A stretch of DNA of 61,140 nt, from NCBI GenBank assembly GCA_030264375.1, contig JASCQW010000061.1, positions 121,994,143-122,055,282 on the forward strand, given 5' to 3'. A program made the translations under genes and the position numbers. Shown here in pieces: positions 25,191 to 38,902 of this stretch (positions within the stretch are counted from its first letter, which is position 1; each line of letters opens with the position of its first letter). This stretch comes from Carcharhinus longimanus. Taxonomy: Eukaryota. The notes under the pieces are model-generated. The model ran no database searches. It was not told the origin of the DNA and saw only the letters and a program-made list of their open reading frames with translations.

Positions 25191-25929
25191 TGATATAAAA
25201 AAAAATGTACAGATTGAAAATTAGAGGTTTTATCGCTGCAGCCTTAAATGCCAATCTTGTCTAAATAGGAGGATTGGCTTGCTCTGGATGGGGCACAGGT
25301 GGTGGCCCTTTTGATCCACCTACAGAACTGTAAGCAGCAGACATTCCTGCTCTTGGATCATCTGAATGTTCTTCCAGGACAAAGAAAATTGGGTTCAAGG
25401 GATGTTCAACTAGTACAGGAGCCATGATGTGGTTACAGCGATGCTGTTGATAACTCTGACAAGGTCTGGGATCTTTTTTGGTACCTCAGCAGGACTCATG
25501 CCAGTTAGTAAAGGGGTGAAGCATGGAAGTCCCATGGTCATGTATCACCGGAATGCTCTCTTCATATGGTGGGGGGAGATAGGGGAAGGCGGGGGATCTT
25601 CCAGTTGCAGCTTCATTTTATCCCATTGACCCCTTGACCAGAAACCCTGCTGAGAAGCATCTTGGCCTTGGCATGGGTCAGAGTTTCCAGCATAAAGCTC
25701 TTTCAGATGAAATGAAAAAATCATCCATTGCGATTAATGTTTCTAGGTTTCTGGTTTCGCACAGTTGCAATACTCAACATAAACATACGTCAAGTAAGTT
25801 TTTTTTTTCCCTAACTCAAAAGCTTCGAAGAATTAAACTGTTTCAAACTGAAGTGTTCATTTCCCTGTGAAGGACAGTAAGCAGAGCTTCCTGCCTCGAA
25901 TAACGCTTTGTGTAGCTACTTCATTGCTA

Positions 25930-25993
25930 AAATGGCGGCGTGGGCTCATTGGGCCGAAGGGCCTGTTTCCCGTGCTGTGTTGTTCTTTGTTCT
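25930..25993 (+). mobile_element. Extremely 5'-truncated CR1/SINE tail insertion
   Basis: aatggcggcgtgggctcattgggccgaagggcctgtttccc... nearly identical to 4901-4964. Confidence 0.8.
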
Positions 25994-26645
25994 CGGATAA
26001 TTGCTCGTGTCTTTATACCCTTAACCTAACGAAATGATCCAAAGCTGATTGCCGAATGAACGAAGTCACGAAACCACCACAACCCGCCCAAACCCCCGCC
26101 ACCCTTAGTTTTCTGTTGGCAGAATTGAAAGTACACAGCTATATTCAATATAATACAAGAATTCGGAGGCTTACGTAACAAACCTCGGAGTGGAAGACAG
26201 AAATTCCAAAATCAATGGCAAGATACAAACTATAAATTGTACAAACCGCGGAAAACGTTTCGGAGCGGAATGTCTGATTCGATGTCCAACTAACTTCCTG
26301 AGCATCCCCATTATGTGGCAGACTTGATAATCGGTGAAGGGATAGTATTTACTGCTGTCAGTCACATAAACGTTTAAGGGCTTAGTTGTCAATAAAATTC
26401 CTGTAACTTCCACTCACACAACGCTGAGCCTTTTAATTCCTAGTTTGGGGCTCAGCTTTCTACGTTGTAGATTCCACAATACTTCATTGATTTCCCACCT
26501 GTAATATTGATTGTGTGTATATTGGAAAGAAAATTACACTTAATTGGATTTAGGTGATATTAGTAAACAACAATTCTTCTTCCTTCTCATCTGAACCTGA
26601 TAGTGAAGGGAGCAGAAGCCACATTAATGTTTGCAATATATATAA

Positions 26646-26865
26646 AAACAAATTACTACGGATGCGGGAATCTGAAGCCAAAAGAGAAAACACTGGAAAA
26701 TCTCAGCAGGTCTGGCAGCATCTATAAGGAGGGAAAAGAGCTGATGTTTCGATGACCAAGGCTTTGATAAAGGGTCATCTGGACTTGAAATGTCAGCTCT
26801 TTTCTCTCCTTATATCGAGGCTGCCAAACTGATGGGATTTTCCCGCATTTTGTCTGTTTTGGTTA
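26646..26865. mobile_element. Fold-back Penelope-like element (family B) with degenerate hammerhead core
   Basis: ggcagcatctataaggagggaaaagagctgatgtttc / gaaatgtcagctcttttctctccttatatcgaggctgcc inverted arms. Confidence 0.75.
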
Positions 26866-28464
26866 ATGTTTGCAATGGTACGATTGTGGGAGCATTCTGC
26901 ATATATAACTGTGACTGTGCTTACTGATATGAATGTACTTTCACTGGACTGAGTAGATGCTACAGGTACTTGTCCTGATGGTGTTCATGATATTACCCTG
27001 AAATTAGAGGCTCCGTAACAGGGTTCACAGTTCCTAGAAGTAAAAAAGGAGCGATTTTCAGCCCACGTTCACCATCAGAAATAATGGCGACATGGGTGGA
27101 AAATATGGACAGAATCAGGAAACAAATACATTTTAATGTAACTACCCAGCTGTCCACCACATGATACACCCCCTCACTTAATATTCATACCTCACCAATG
27201 TGTCATCACACCGACAACATGTTTTGGAAAACGAGATTTAGTCGTGGGGATCCCCGGGGGCACAAAGGTAAATATAACCCTTGAGAGAGAGGGGCATGCA
27301 GGGAACTGCCCTGGCACTGGCCTCTGCTACAGGTTGGTACATGTCAGACAGGCNNNNNNNNNNNNNNNNNNNNNNNNNNNNNNNNNNNNNNNNNNNNNNN
27401 NNNNNNNNNNNNNNNNNNNNNNNNNNNNNNNNNNNNNNNNNNNNNNNNNNNNNNNNNNNNNNNNNNNNNNNNNNNNNNNNNNNNNNNNNNNNNNNNNNNN
27501 NNNNNNNNNNNNNNNNNNNNNNNNNNNNNNNNNNNNNNNNNNNNNNNNNNNNNNNNNNNNNNNNNNNNNNNNNNNNNNNNNNNNNNNNNNNNNNNNNNNN
27601 NNNNNNNNNNNNNNNNNGGAGGGGCAGGCAATGAGGGGCAAACTTGCAAGCGTGGAGAGGAGCAGGCAGTGCAAAGGCGGAGACCGGCGATAGTTCTATG
27701 ACGGAAGCAGGAGAAGTTCAACTTGATGCTAATCGGGGTGCCCTTTAACGATGGCATCTTGATCTCTGTGGAGCCGGCATTGATGATTCTCTTAGGCTCT
27801 TTTTCGCCAGACTGATGGTAAAAGCCCTGCCCACTCATGTTATTTCTTCAGAGAGGCTCCGTACCTGGACTCAAAACAATTTTTTTTGAAAAAACGTGGG
27901 GAAATGCATCGAATACGTCGAATGAGCGATTAAGCGTTACTGCAGATAATCTCAATATTGTGTATTGTGTTGTCACGGTGAAATATGAGAGTGTCATCCG
28001 TACATTGAGAGTTCTTTCCTCCGGTCATTCGTGTGAGCACAATGGTTGGCGTTGACAAACCCATTTTACACTCACGCAGGCATTCGGGACTGAAGGAAAG
28101 CAAATTCAATTGTGTGTGTGCTCATCTCCATCACTGCCGTGAATTGCTCAATAAAGAATTGACTGAAGGCCTGAATGCATCAGAAATTTCTGGAAACTGC
28201 CACCTGTACCCAACAGGATGGTAAATGAGTACTTTGCAGTCTGTGCAGACCACAGAAAAGAAATGTCTAATCAAAATCAATGAAAATGACCTTTGAGTAA
28301 ATCTTTATAAATATTTGGATTTTAGTGCATTGAAAATACAAGAGCCTATCCTCTCAGCCTATCCTGCAGGAGAAGTTGTCATACGGCTTATTCACAAGCG
28401 TGAGGATCCTGAAAAGATGTTTATTCCTGCTCAAAGAGATTTGTTTATTTTCTTTTAATTTCAG

Positions 28465-28653
28465 TGTTGTGTCCAGTCAATGAGGTGCGGACCGACTCGA
28501 CAGGTGTGATATTGAGTCCTGGTTACCCGGACAGCTACCCCAACTTCCAGACCTGCGCTTGGAGCATTATTGTGGAAAAGGGTTACAACGTTACCTTGTT
28601 CTTCGAGTTTTTCCAGACGGAGAAAGAGTTTGATGAGCTGGAGGTTTTTGATG
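28465..28653 (+). CDS. CSMD3: CSMD3 coding exon (first half of last CUB domain), 189 bp
   Basis: Acceptor ttttaatttcag, donor gtaact. (V)LCPVNEVRTDSTGVILSPGYPDSYPNFQTCAWSIIVEKGYNVTLFFEFFQTEKEFDELEVFD(G). Confidence 0.93.
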
Positions 28654-29849
28654 GTAACTTAAAAATGGCCATAAATGACATTCAAGATGTATTTACTTGC
28701 ACAGACACGTAGCCTCATCCTTTCTGTTATCTTTACATCCATTTCCGTACATCAGTGTCATATTTTGGTCGTGACCAAATTGTTTTCCACCCACCCCCCA
28801 CCCCCATTCCAGGCTTCTCTGCTGGCAAATTTCCAGGCAAAAAATGGAACTCCGATACTACCAATTCATCCAAATTATGTACCCCTCGAATATGGCTTTA
28901 CTTTATAATTAAAACTGAAAATACTAAAAACACCATGCAGGCCAAGGGGCACCTGTGGGAAGAGAAAAATTGGATTGACATTTCAGGTCAATGACATTTC
29001 ATTAGGAGCCTATTACTTGCGAGTAAGGGACTTATCGCATTCCAATTAGTTAATGTTAAATTCTATCTGGAATGAATATTTCTTTTAAATTCCTGAAGCC
29101 ATGGGCAGAAACTTAATTAAATGGTTTTCTCAGCCATGTCCAGAAAAAAATTTGATTAGGAATCCTAAATGATTAGTTTATCAACAGTTGGCTCTCCAGA
29201 GGATAACTAAAGTTGGAGAGTGCGACACGTGCATCTGAAAAATTCCCTCTGTAGTCCAAAACTCTTTGAAATTCACAACAGGTTCAAAGAAGGTAAGCAC
29301 AAAATCTTTATTGAAAGCCACGTCTCCTGCAGAGAGACTATCTTGATGATCTATTCATTGCAATTTCGGCTTGTTCGAATTTTCAAATTTCATTTCCCTA
29401 AAGTGCAGGCCTGATGACACAGAAAAGAAAAGAGAACACGTTTCACAGGGTAATATTTGTGTTTTCACTTGCTGCAATTTACCCAGGATTGATAAAGTCA
29501 TCGAATCTCGCAAATCATTATGTACAGACAGCTGGTAGCCTGAAGCCAAATTGAAAAGAGCTAAAATATCATTTGCATCTTGGAATACCTTGTGCGCCCC
29601 ACTGCCAATCTTCCACAATATGATATGATGTCTTAACCCGAGAAAATCTGCCGGGATCCATGGAAGATTGGAACTTACCGGGATTGGAAGCTTGCCTGGT
29701 TTTTTCACACCAATTTCCTGAATAACTGAATTAAAGTCGTGCCAGAATCAAAAAGAATTTTTGCAACAAATTGTGCATTGGCCCCATTCATTCAAAGGCA
29801 CTTTTACATTATGAGCTATTGGGCCATTGTATCTTTTGTTACAGCGACG

Positions 29850-30057
29850 CTGCTGGAACGCTGCCGGGCCAGAAGCTTTTCGGTAGATTTTAGAGGACAG
29901 TCGGGGCCTCGGTTTTACCCAAATAAAGCACCCCTGACAATGGAGTAACGTCTCAGGACCGAAGCAGGGGAGACGGTGTGGTCAAGTCCTTGGTTGCAAC
30001 TCGATCTCACACCTTCTGTCTCAGGGGCTTAAATGCTGCGACTGAGCCAAAGTTGAT
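29850..30057 (-). mobile_element. Decayed Deu-domain SINE (SacSINE1/AmnSINE-like), 5' part
   Basis: ggggcctcggttt and accttctgtctcagggg...ctgagcca match the recalled SacSINE1-like consensus in reverse. Confidence 0.55.
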
Positions 30058-30127
30058 GGATAAATACATTGACACTTATTTAATTATTTCTGAGCAATGC
30101 TGAAGAGTTAATAGGTGGCGAGGCGGT

Positions 30128-30876
30128 AGTATTCTAAATGTGAAAATGCTGACAAAATCAGAAACACAAAGGGACTTGGGGTACCATTGTTCAAAATTCT
30201 CTTAAGGTTAACATGTAGGTTCAGTTGGCAATTAGGAAGGCAAACACAATGTTCGCATTCACGTCGAGGGGGCTCAATAACAAGAGCAGACGTATATTTG
30301 TTAGGTGGTATAATGCTCTAGTCAGACCCCATTTGGAGTATTTTGAGCAGTTTTGCACCCCATGTCTAAGGAAGGATGTGCTGCCTTGGAAAGAGTCCAG
30401 ATAAGGTTCACAAGAATGATCCCTGGAAGAGCTCATCGTGTGAGGAACAGTTGAGGGCTCTGGGTCTGTACTCATTAGAGTTTAGAAGGATGAGGGGGGA
30501 TCTTATTGAAACTCAGAGGAAACTACGAGGCCTGGATCGAGTGGACGTGGAGAGGATGTTTCCATGAGTCGAAAAAACCAGAAGCAGAGGGCACAACCTC
30601 AGGCTAAAGGGACGATCCTTTAAAACAGAGGTGATGAACAATTTCTTCAGCCAGAGAGTGGTGAATCTGAGGAACTCTATGCCGCAGAAGGCTGTGGAGG
30701 CCAGCTTATTGAGTATATTTTAGACATAAATAGATAGGTTCTTGATTAATCAATGGATCAGGGATTACAGGGAAAAGTTAGGAGAACGAGGATGAGAAAG
30801 AAATCAGCCGTGATTGAATGGCGGAGCAGACTCGACGGACCGAGTGGCCTGATACTGCTCCTATGTCTTATGGTCT
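30128..30876 (+). mobile_element. CR1 LINE 3' fragment
   Basis: LRALGLYSLEFRRMRGDLIET peptide, cagagagtggtgaatctg, tail ctgctcctatgtcttatggtct. Confidence 0.9.
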
Positions 30877-32032
30877 AATTCGACAATATATCGGAATTGT
30901 CACACAAGGTATTTGATTTGTGAAATTTAACCATACATTCCTGCTAACACAAACNNNNNNNNNNNNNNNNNNNNNNNNNNNNNNNNNNNNNNNNNNNNNN
31001 NNNNNNNNNNNNNNNNNNNNNNNNNNNNNNNNNNNNNNNNNNNNNNNNNNNNNNGCTTCAGGCAGATGTGCATATGTGGCAGGAAGAGGAGGTATAGAGA
31101 ATAGCTGCAGAGTCTAACGTGGATAACGAGTCAGCATTTATTTGAGTCTTAAATGTACAGCAGAAGCAGACGTAACGACCTCCAGCCTGTGAGTCGGCAC
31201 TTTAAGAGTATTGTTTTGAAACCTGCCATGTGGCATTGGAATCAGCCACTTTGTTTTTGTTTATTTTGCACCTTTTATAAAAGTATTTCAAATCAAATCC
31301 AACCCATTACCTGAAGACCACTCACTCTGAACTAAACTTGTATTCGGAAAGGCAACCCTTTGTTAAAACTGTATTGGAGTAGTGACTACACTTCCAGTGC
31401 TTTTCACGATCTCGGGAAATCCCAAAGTGCTTTACAGCCAGTTGAGTTAAAAGTACTTGGACTTAATAGCCACAATGCTCGAGATCTGAGCATTTGCACC
31501 ATTTTAGTTAGGGAGAGTATTTCATAAAAAAGGAATACTGTGGCCTTCAGTTTCCTTCTCTGTATTTGATACTGCCTTGAAAGCAAGTGTCAACAAAATG
31601 AAAGGTCAGAATTTTTCAATTGAACAAATATAATGGTCTGATGTCTCAATCAGAGTACAAGTAGATTTTTCTTGTTTGAACAGTGAGTATTTTTCACGGG
31701 CGTATTGCATTTTTTTTCTTACGCTTTGTGCCTGATATCCAATTTTCTTCGAACACCAATTTCAACTTGGCCATTTCAATGCAGCTACATAATTCAGATG
31801 AATTGAAAATGGGAGAGGTCATTCTTCATGATCCCGTGTAAAAAAAAAAGGCTACTTTGCATTCTGTAATGGACAAACACTGAATGCAATTCGATGAAAA
31901 TTCTGCATATTATGGTGTTTATAATTATGTGAAACTTTGCTCGAAGCGCAGATTAGATAAATTATTGATAGAATAGGACTGTTGTAATTTTAGATTTCAG
32001 TCGGACCTGCAAGAACAGTAACTTCTTTGCAA

Positions 32033-32355
32033 TTAGAATCATAAAATGTTTACAGTGCAAGAGGAGGCTATTTGGCCCATCGAGCCTGCACCAACAACAA
32101 TCCCACCAAGAGCTATCCCCGTAACCCCATGCATTTACCCTGCGAATCACCCTGACACTAAGGGGCAATTTAGCATGACTATTCAACCTAACCTGTACAT
32201 CTTTGGAGTATGGGGGGAAACCAGAGCACCCAGAGGAAACCCACTCAGGCACAGGGAGAATGTGCAAACGCCACACAGACAGTGACCCGAGGTCGGAATT
32301 GAAACCGGTCCCTGGCACTATGAGGCAGCAGTGCTAACCACACAGTATGCCACCC
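32033..32355 (-). mobile_element. HE1/V-SINE, near full length
   Basis: Same structure as 21595-21903. Confidence 0.88.
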
Positions 32356-32789
32356 AAATTAAACAACAACAAACAATATGTGCAACTTCCTACATTAAGT
32401 TTTCTGTTCAAGTACACTTAGAACACATTACAGAAACACATTTACGCACGTGTGAATAGAGTAATTCAACAGCACGTTTTCTCCACGGCGAACAGTCTGA
32501 TTGTTTAGCCCTGCAGGATTTGGAACACGTGTGATTTTATATTTGACGGCACCTTTAATTGATCGCACGTCTCTGTGGGACCTCATTTTGAGTTTGAAGC
32601 AAGTATGAATCCGAATTGAAGTCAATCCCATTGAAGATTGGGGGCTGCGTCGTCACAAGAAAATGAGGTTGAAAGATGTGACTGTGGAGATGCCGGGGCA
32701 GACACTTGAGGAGAATTTCATAACACTCAGCAACGCTGATTCCGGCGAGAAAGAAAGACCCTCAGAGAGGACTGCAACATCAGTGACTG

Positions 32790-34985
32790 ATAAAGGAAGT
32801 TGGAAATCGTACAAAAAAAACATGTAACTCTGCAAAATTAGTGGACAGAACTTAAAACCAGCAAAGAGTGACCAATCAGTATTTTTCTGATGGCGAAATG
32901 GGATGTTGATAAGTTTGAAGGAAAGATTATTTTTGAGAATAAGTACGAGAGAAAACTAGCTAGAAATATCAAAATATCTAAGAACATAAGAAATAGAAGC
33001 AGGAGTAGGCCATCTAGCCCTTCGAGCCTGTCCAGCCATTCAAGAAGATCATGGCTGATCTGAAGTGGATCAGTTCCACTTTCCCGCTTTCTCCCCATAA
33101 CCCTTAATTCCNNNNNNNNNNNNNNNNNNNNNNNNNNNNNNNNNNNNNNNNNNNNNNNNNNNNNNNNNNNNNNNNNNNNNNNNNNNNNNNNNNNNNNNNN
33201 NNNNNNNNNNNCAGCCTAGTGAACCTTCTCTGCACTCCCTCCAAGGCCAATATATCCTTCCGCAAGTGTGGCGACCAAAACTGCACACGGTACTCCAGCT
33301 GCGGCCTCACCAATGCCCTGTACAGTTGCAGCAAGTCCTCTTTGCCTTTATATTCTACGTAGACAAAAGAGTTTCGACAGGTATTGAAAAAGGAAAAGAG
33401 TAATTAAAGTGTACCTTGGTTCACCAGAATCGGGAATTGATGATGGAAAATAAGGAAATGGCAGAAGCGTTGAACAGATATTTTGTGTCTTCACTGTGGA
33501 AGACATGAATTGTGGACGGGATTCTCTGGTTGTGCTCGCCCCAAGATCGCAAATGCCCACTCGAATTCAACAGACCTTTAAATGGTCCATCGGATTTTCC
33601 GTCTCGCCCCCTACGATTCCAGTGTTGGGCGTGATGGGAATACCAGAAATAATTGGAAATTGAGAGGGAGGAACCTAAAACTATTTTAATTACAGGTGAA
33701 AGGGCCCTGAGAAAATGCTAAGAATTGAAGGCTGATCCTGCCCCCCCGGGATTTGATGGCCTCTATCCTTAGGTCTTAAAAGAAGTGACAGCGGAGAAAG
33801 TTGTTGTAATTTTCCAAAATTTTGGAAAATAGCGCATGTGACTCCTCTATTCAACATCGGAGGGAGACTGAAAACAGGAGGCTACAAGTCAGGTAGCCTA
33901 ACATCTGTCAGGGAAATGCTCGATTCAGTTATGAAGGGTGATATAGCAGGGCATTTAGAACATATCAAGTAATCAGGCAGAGACAAGGTGGCTTTGTGAA
34001 AGGGATATTAGTTGAAATTATCTGGCCTAACCTGAAGCCAAGATCCTCTGGTCCTGCAAAGGTCAATGAACTTTTGGCTGGCTCACCAAACCCACAGCAG
34101 GACCGGAAAGCCTCGGTCTTTGTGGTTGACTCAATTGTTAGACTTCTTTTCGAGGGAACCTGTGGATGTGGTGTACTTGGATTTCCAAAAATCATTTGAT
34201 AAGTGCCATGTCAAATTTTCTACATAAAATGGGAGCTCATTGTGTCGGGAGCAACATATTAGCATGGATAGAGGATTTGTAGTTAACTGCAAACAGAGAT
34301 TAGGGATGTGTGGGTTCTGTTCAGGTTGGCAAGCTATAATTAGTGAAATGCCGCAGTGCTGGGGACTCAACCATTTACAACTATATCAGTGACTTGGATG
34401 AAGGAATGGAATCTATTGGAACGAAATTTGCTGATGATACAAAGTTTGATAGGACAGCAGGCTGTGAAGAGGGCATAAGAAGCCTGCAAAGGGATATGGA
34501 TCGGTGATGTGAGTGGATAACAACTTGAGGGAAAGTATGAACTTGTCTGCTTTGGCAGGAAGAATTGGAAAGAATTATATTATTGAAATGGAGAGAGAGT
34601 TCAAAATTGTGCTCTATAGAGGGATCTGTGAGCCCTCGTGCATGAATCACAAAAAGTTAGTATGTTGGTACAGCAAATGAGTAAAAAGTAAAATGGAATG
34701 TTAGCATTTATTGCAAAGGAAATCAAGTTTACAGTGCAAAAGGTTTGTTACGGTCGTATGTGGCATTGGTGAAACCATAATTGGAGTATTGTGTGTTGTT
34801 TCGGACTCCTTAGTTAAGAAGGGATATAATTGTATTCAAAGCAATTCAGAGAAGATGCAATCTACTAACTCCTGGGACAAGGGGTTTATTTTGTGAGAAA
34901 AGATTTGGCAATATGAGCCTGTATCCATGGAGTTTAGAAGAATGAGGGATAATCTTATTGAACCAAATTCGATCTTGAGGGGATT
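32790..34985 (+). mobile_element. Long decayed CR1 ORF2 with nested insertions
   Basis: Remnants of EMAEALNRYF, DVVYLDFQKSFDKVP, KFADDTK (aaatttgctgatgatacaaag) and LEYCV; interrupted at ~32980-33345 and ~33512-33640. Confidence 0.85.
32980..33345 (-). mobile_element. Young CR1 nested inside the older CR1, collapsed across a gap
   Basis: LQLYRALVRPQLEYRVQFWSPHLRKDILALEGVQRRFTRL and tail taagaacataagaaatag. Confidence 0.88.
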
Positions 34986-35399
34986 TGGTGGATGTCTGAT
35001 CCCTCAGTGACAATACTTGAACCAGGGATTAAAGAGGTGTGTATGAGGTTGACTGAGACTTTGTCAGACATCACATCAAGATTTATTGGCCAGTTTGTCC
35101 CCTCCAACAAAAGTTGCAGTGAACTTTGAGGAAAGGGTTTGCAGCCAATGTGCAACTGACCTCATTGCAGGACAGGAGTCTTTGTCCATAAAGTGGAAGA
35201 GAGGTAAAACCAACCTCTATAGTCAACTGTGGAGATATTCAATGAAGTATCAGCGGCTGTAATAGGACTTTGCAAGATTCCAGCAGGATAGTGGTTTACC
35301 TTGGCCGGATTGTTCACAATGCTGATCAGTGTCACATTCATACTATGGCCATCTGGGACTGATACGTGTAAGCATTTCTAAGATTGAGGAGTGCTTGCT

Positions 35400-35670
35400 T
35401 GCTGCTCAACAACCTCAAAGAACAAGGGCAGCAGACGCACGGGAATAACATTCCTGTAAGTTTCCGTCCAAGCAAGACGCCTACCTAACTTGGAGCAACA
35501 TGACCTTCCATCATGCTCATTGGGTCAAAATCTTGGAACTTCTCCCTAGTGTCACATGCACTGGAGTGATGGTGACACGACATCAACTTCTCTAGGGCAA
35601 TTAGGCGCGGGCAATAAAATTGCTGGCCGAGCCAGCATTGCCCACGTCCCATGAAAGCATTTAAAAATCA
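35400..35670 (+). mobile_element. L2/CR1-group LINE 3' end
   Basis: Colinear with 45715-45990; tail gggcaataaaattgctggccgagccagcattgcccacgtccc. Confidence 0.7.
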
Positions 35671-36299
35671 ATAATGCAAGTGAGGTACTCTGAGTTACTG
35701 GACCCGAAAGTAACCTTGAAACTTGACATTATAAAAATCTCACGGAATAAGTGTTTACTGTTGCTGAATGGTGATCAAGGACAGGAAATAATCCTCCCTG
35801 ATCAGTCTGCATGGTGGTACAATCTAATGGGGTCTAATGGTGTTCCATCCTTCTGGTTCTCCCTGAAAGAGCTCTCAACAAGGTGGACGGATCCCTGCCC
35901 CCCCCCATTGGGAGTAGATGTGAGGGTGACACGAGTGTATCCCTGCTGATGTAAGATTTGATATTGCTTCCAATTGCTGTGCACGTGGACATTTTAAAGA
36001 CATCGGAAAATCTCAATTCCAGTCGCTCGAGGTGACAGGGGAACAGAATGCTCGGCTGGTCCTATTCTGCATTGAGTGCCAGGGCTCTGTGTGGCACAAT
36101 TTAGCACATGCAGTGGACCAAACCTGAGGCAGGGCAGAAATTATGTTCTGCTATTCAATTCATCTACCAGACATCAAGGTAGGCTAAAGAAAAGAATAAT
36201 GTCTGAAACCAGAAGGGAGCAGGGGCCCTCCAGCCAGCAGAGGATTGAAAAAAGTAGTCACAGCAATGTCTCAGCAGGTTACTGTGCCCAGAATCAGTT

Positions 36300-37210
36300 A
36301 GCTGTCAAATTGTCTCTGGCCTGTCCACTGCATCATACCCTTGCAATGGCCTCTGTCTGTGATTCCATGAAACACTGACCCTTCTTGGTACGATTCTTTT
36401 CACTGTCACCATCGGAAGAAACATCTCCGTGTTTCTCTCAGCCAATATACCTTTCCTTTGTAGCATAAGGCTGTGCAGGGTGCAGCAGACAATTTGGAAC
36501 TGTCGAGTGTATGTATTGGAGAGTCTCCCCTGAGCTGTCCTGAGTGGGGCATCCCTCGACCCCAAGGGTCCGGTCCCGCAATTGCTGAGATACTTTAAAA
36601 CTTGTGGCATCTGAGAGTGGGTCAAAATGTAGGTATTGAAAGAATTTCCTGGGAGATTCCTTGTGTGATCCCATACTGGCTTCATGTTGAGGGAGTGAAA
36701 ACTTTTCCTGTTGATGAATGTGACTGGCTGTTGCCAAGGAGCTCTCAAGGCCTCACGTATGTAGTCAACAATCTCTTTCAAATGCAGAAAACATGAAATT
36801 GCAGCAAATTCCAACACTCTTGTGGCCTGGCTTTCAGGATCCAGAAAGGAATTGGACAAATTGGTGCACGTTACTCAACAGGGCATCTGTCACCTCGTGG
36901 ATTCACTTGTGCCTCCTTGACTGGGAGGGACCACACAGATCCCCACAGGAGGCCTGGAAGAAGGCGCTGCAAAGACGTTGAAGGTGGCAGTGACGTTTAA
37001 CTCCACTGGCATTGGGTTGCCTCCAAGGCCTTTCGGCTGCAGGTCATTGTGGAGAAACTGGCAGATATGTGCGACCACATTCTAAGGGGCCAACCGCATT
37101 GCCTTTCATTCATTCCTGCACAGAGGTGCACCATCTGTAATATACCCATTGTTGTTGGCTCACTGCTCGCTGTTCCACTGACCCCCAGGCACCGGCGTCC
37201 TGACCTTCTG
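36300..37210 (-). pseudogene. Decayed PIF/Harbinger (HARBI1-like) DDE transposase
   Basis: Ordered remnants across frames: VAHICQFLHNDLQPKGLGGNPMPVELNVTATFNVFA, ALRAPWQQPVTFINRKSFHSLN (NRKG.HSLN motif) and IVCCTLHSL (CCxLHN motif), with frameshifts and deletions. Confidence 0.82.
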
Positions 37211-37772
37211 AGGCTCTACTGCTCACGCCATTGCTCATCTTGACACTGTGCCAACCTGTGCTGGCCCTACCCAGTAGAAAGGCAGGGTTGCCCAGAGCCT
37301 GCATTGTCTACTCCTCAGAGGATCTGTGAACAAATTGCAGTAATCAATCTATTCTGCATATTCCATTCAGGTTTGTCTCTATCTCAGGGCCACAAAGCCA
37401 GTGCTGATCTCTGAACCAGGCTTCCACTGAGATATGGCATCCTCCACCCCACCCCTTCCGAGTGAAGGGCATCCTTCAGGAACAGGGATGAGTGTTTCAC
37501 CCGTAGTTTCTCTCGTATATGTTTGCACATTTACTGAGGCGATTACAGTCATATGTGAGAACCCTCTCTCAAACACGATTCAGTTTGTCTGTATGGCCCT
37601 CTATACAGAGACCATTGCTTTGGCCTCTCTCTCTCTCTCTCGAGAGAGAAAGACTTCGAAGATAAGCCTTGTCAGCCATGACCATTCACCCGGGGCAATG
37701 GAGATTCGGAGTTGGTAATTTGCTGCCATGCGTTAGGCATGCTCCATGAAGGCATCCACCTCTCTCCCTGAT

Positions 37773-38070
37773 GGCACGGTGACACAGTGGTTAGCACTGC
37801 AACCTCTCAGTGCCAGGGACCTGGGTTCAATTCTGGCCTCGGGTAACTGTCTGTGCAGAGTCTGCACGTTCTCCCTGTGTCTGTGTTGGTTTCCTCCAGG
37901 TGCTCCGCTTTCCTCCCACAGTCTAAAAGACGCGCTGCTTAGGTGCATTGGCCGTGCTAAATTCTCCCTCAGTGTACCCAAACAGGCACCAGAATGTGGG
38001 AACTAGGAGATTTTCACAGGATCTTCATTGCAATATTAATGTAAATCCACCTGTGACATGAATAAATAAC
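37773..38070 (+). mobile_element. V-SINE with alternative (non-CR1-like) tail
   Basis: ggcacggtgacacagtggttagcactgc head, ggttcaattct box B, V-domain; tail shared with 1-120. Confidence 0.88.
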
Positions 38071-38902
38071 CTCTAAAAAATTTTAAATAGACTTTAAATT
38101 TTCTTCGTGCCTCCTCTGAGAGCAGCAGGTGACACAGAACGAGTGATAGCTCCAGGCCTTGCTGGGATTGGGATGTAACGAGAGCCTGAGTCACCACAGA
38201 GAGGAACACGGCTCAGCCTGGTTCTCAGCCGACTGCTTCCTGATTGTTAGGGCGTTCCTTTAATCCGCCAACCGTGCTCACCTTGAACTCCATCCACCCG
38301 AAAAGACTCTTCTCCCACTTCGAGGTATCGCAGGTTAAGAGCAGCAGTGTTGCACAACTTAAATTTTTAAAATGGTGCGTGCGACAACGGGGATTTACTC
38401 ATCTACCTTTTAACCATCGCCCCTGCTCACTCACCAATCCCCCCCATCACCCTTGATCTGTCCAATATACCTACTCCTCTTCCTCTTTGTTAACCTTGAA
38501 TGTCTACCCCCTTCCCTATTAGTCTTGCACTCATAACCGTCATCCTCAATATACTTTATTTCCCCTTTTGAGTTCACACCCATTACTTCCCCAAGTCCAC
38601 CCTGATCCTGACCCATTCCAGTTCTTTGAATCAATTGTGTCATCCATTTCCGTCACCCCCATTGCACAATGAACCCTTCAGATATTTTACTATCGCCCTG
38701 GCCCTACCACATCCTATTCCCCCTCCTCTCACCGTGACTTTTCCCTCCGCTGCCCATTCAATTCAACTCTCAGGATCCCATTGTAAACAGCACAGACCCT
38801 GATCTCTAGGACAATCTCTCTCCCACCTCCTCCTCCATGCAGCCAAAGTACCTCCAGACCCAACAAACAAGGCCCTACTCTATCATTCCACATCACGACG
38901 CT

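Noticed and set aside
27244-27838. Several ORFs of 115-164 aa
   Set aside because: Mostly X residues from a ~264-N gap.
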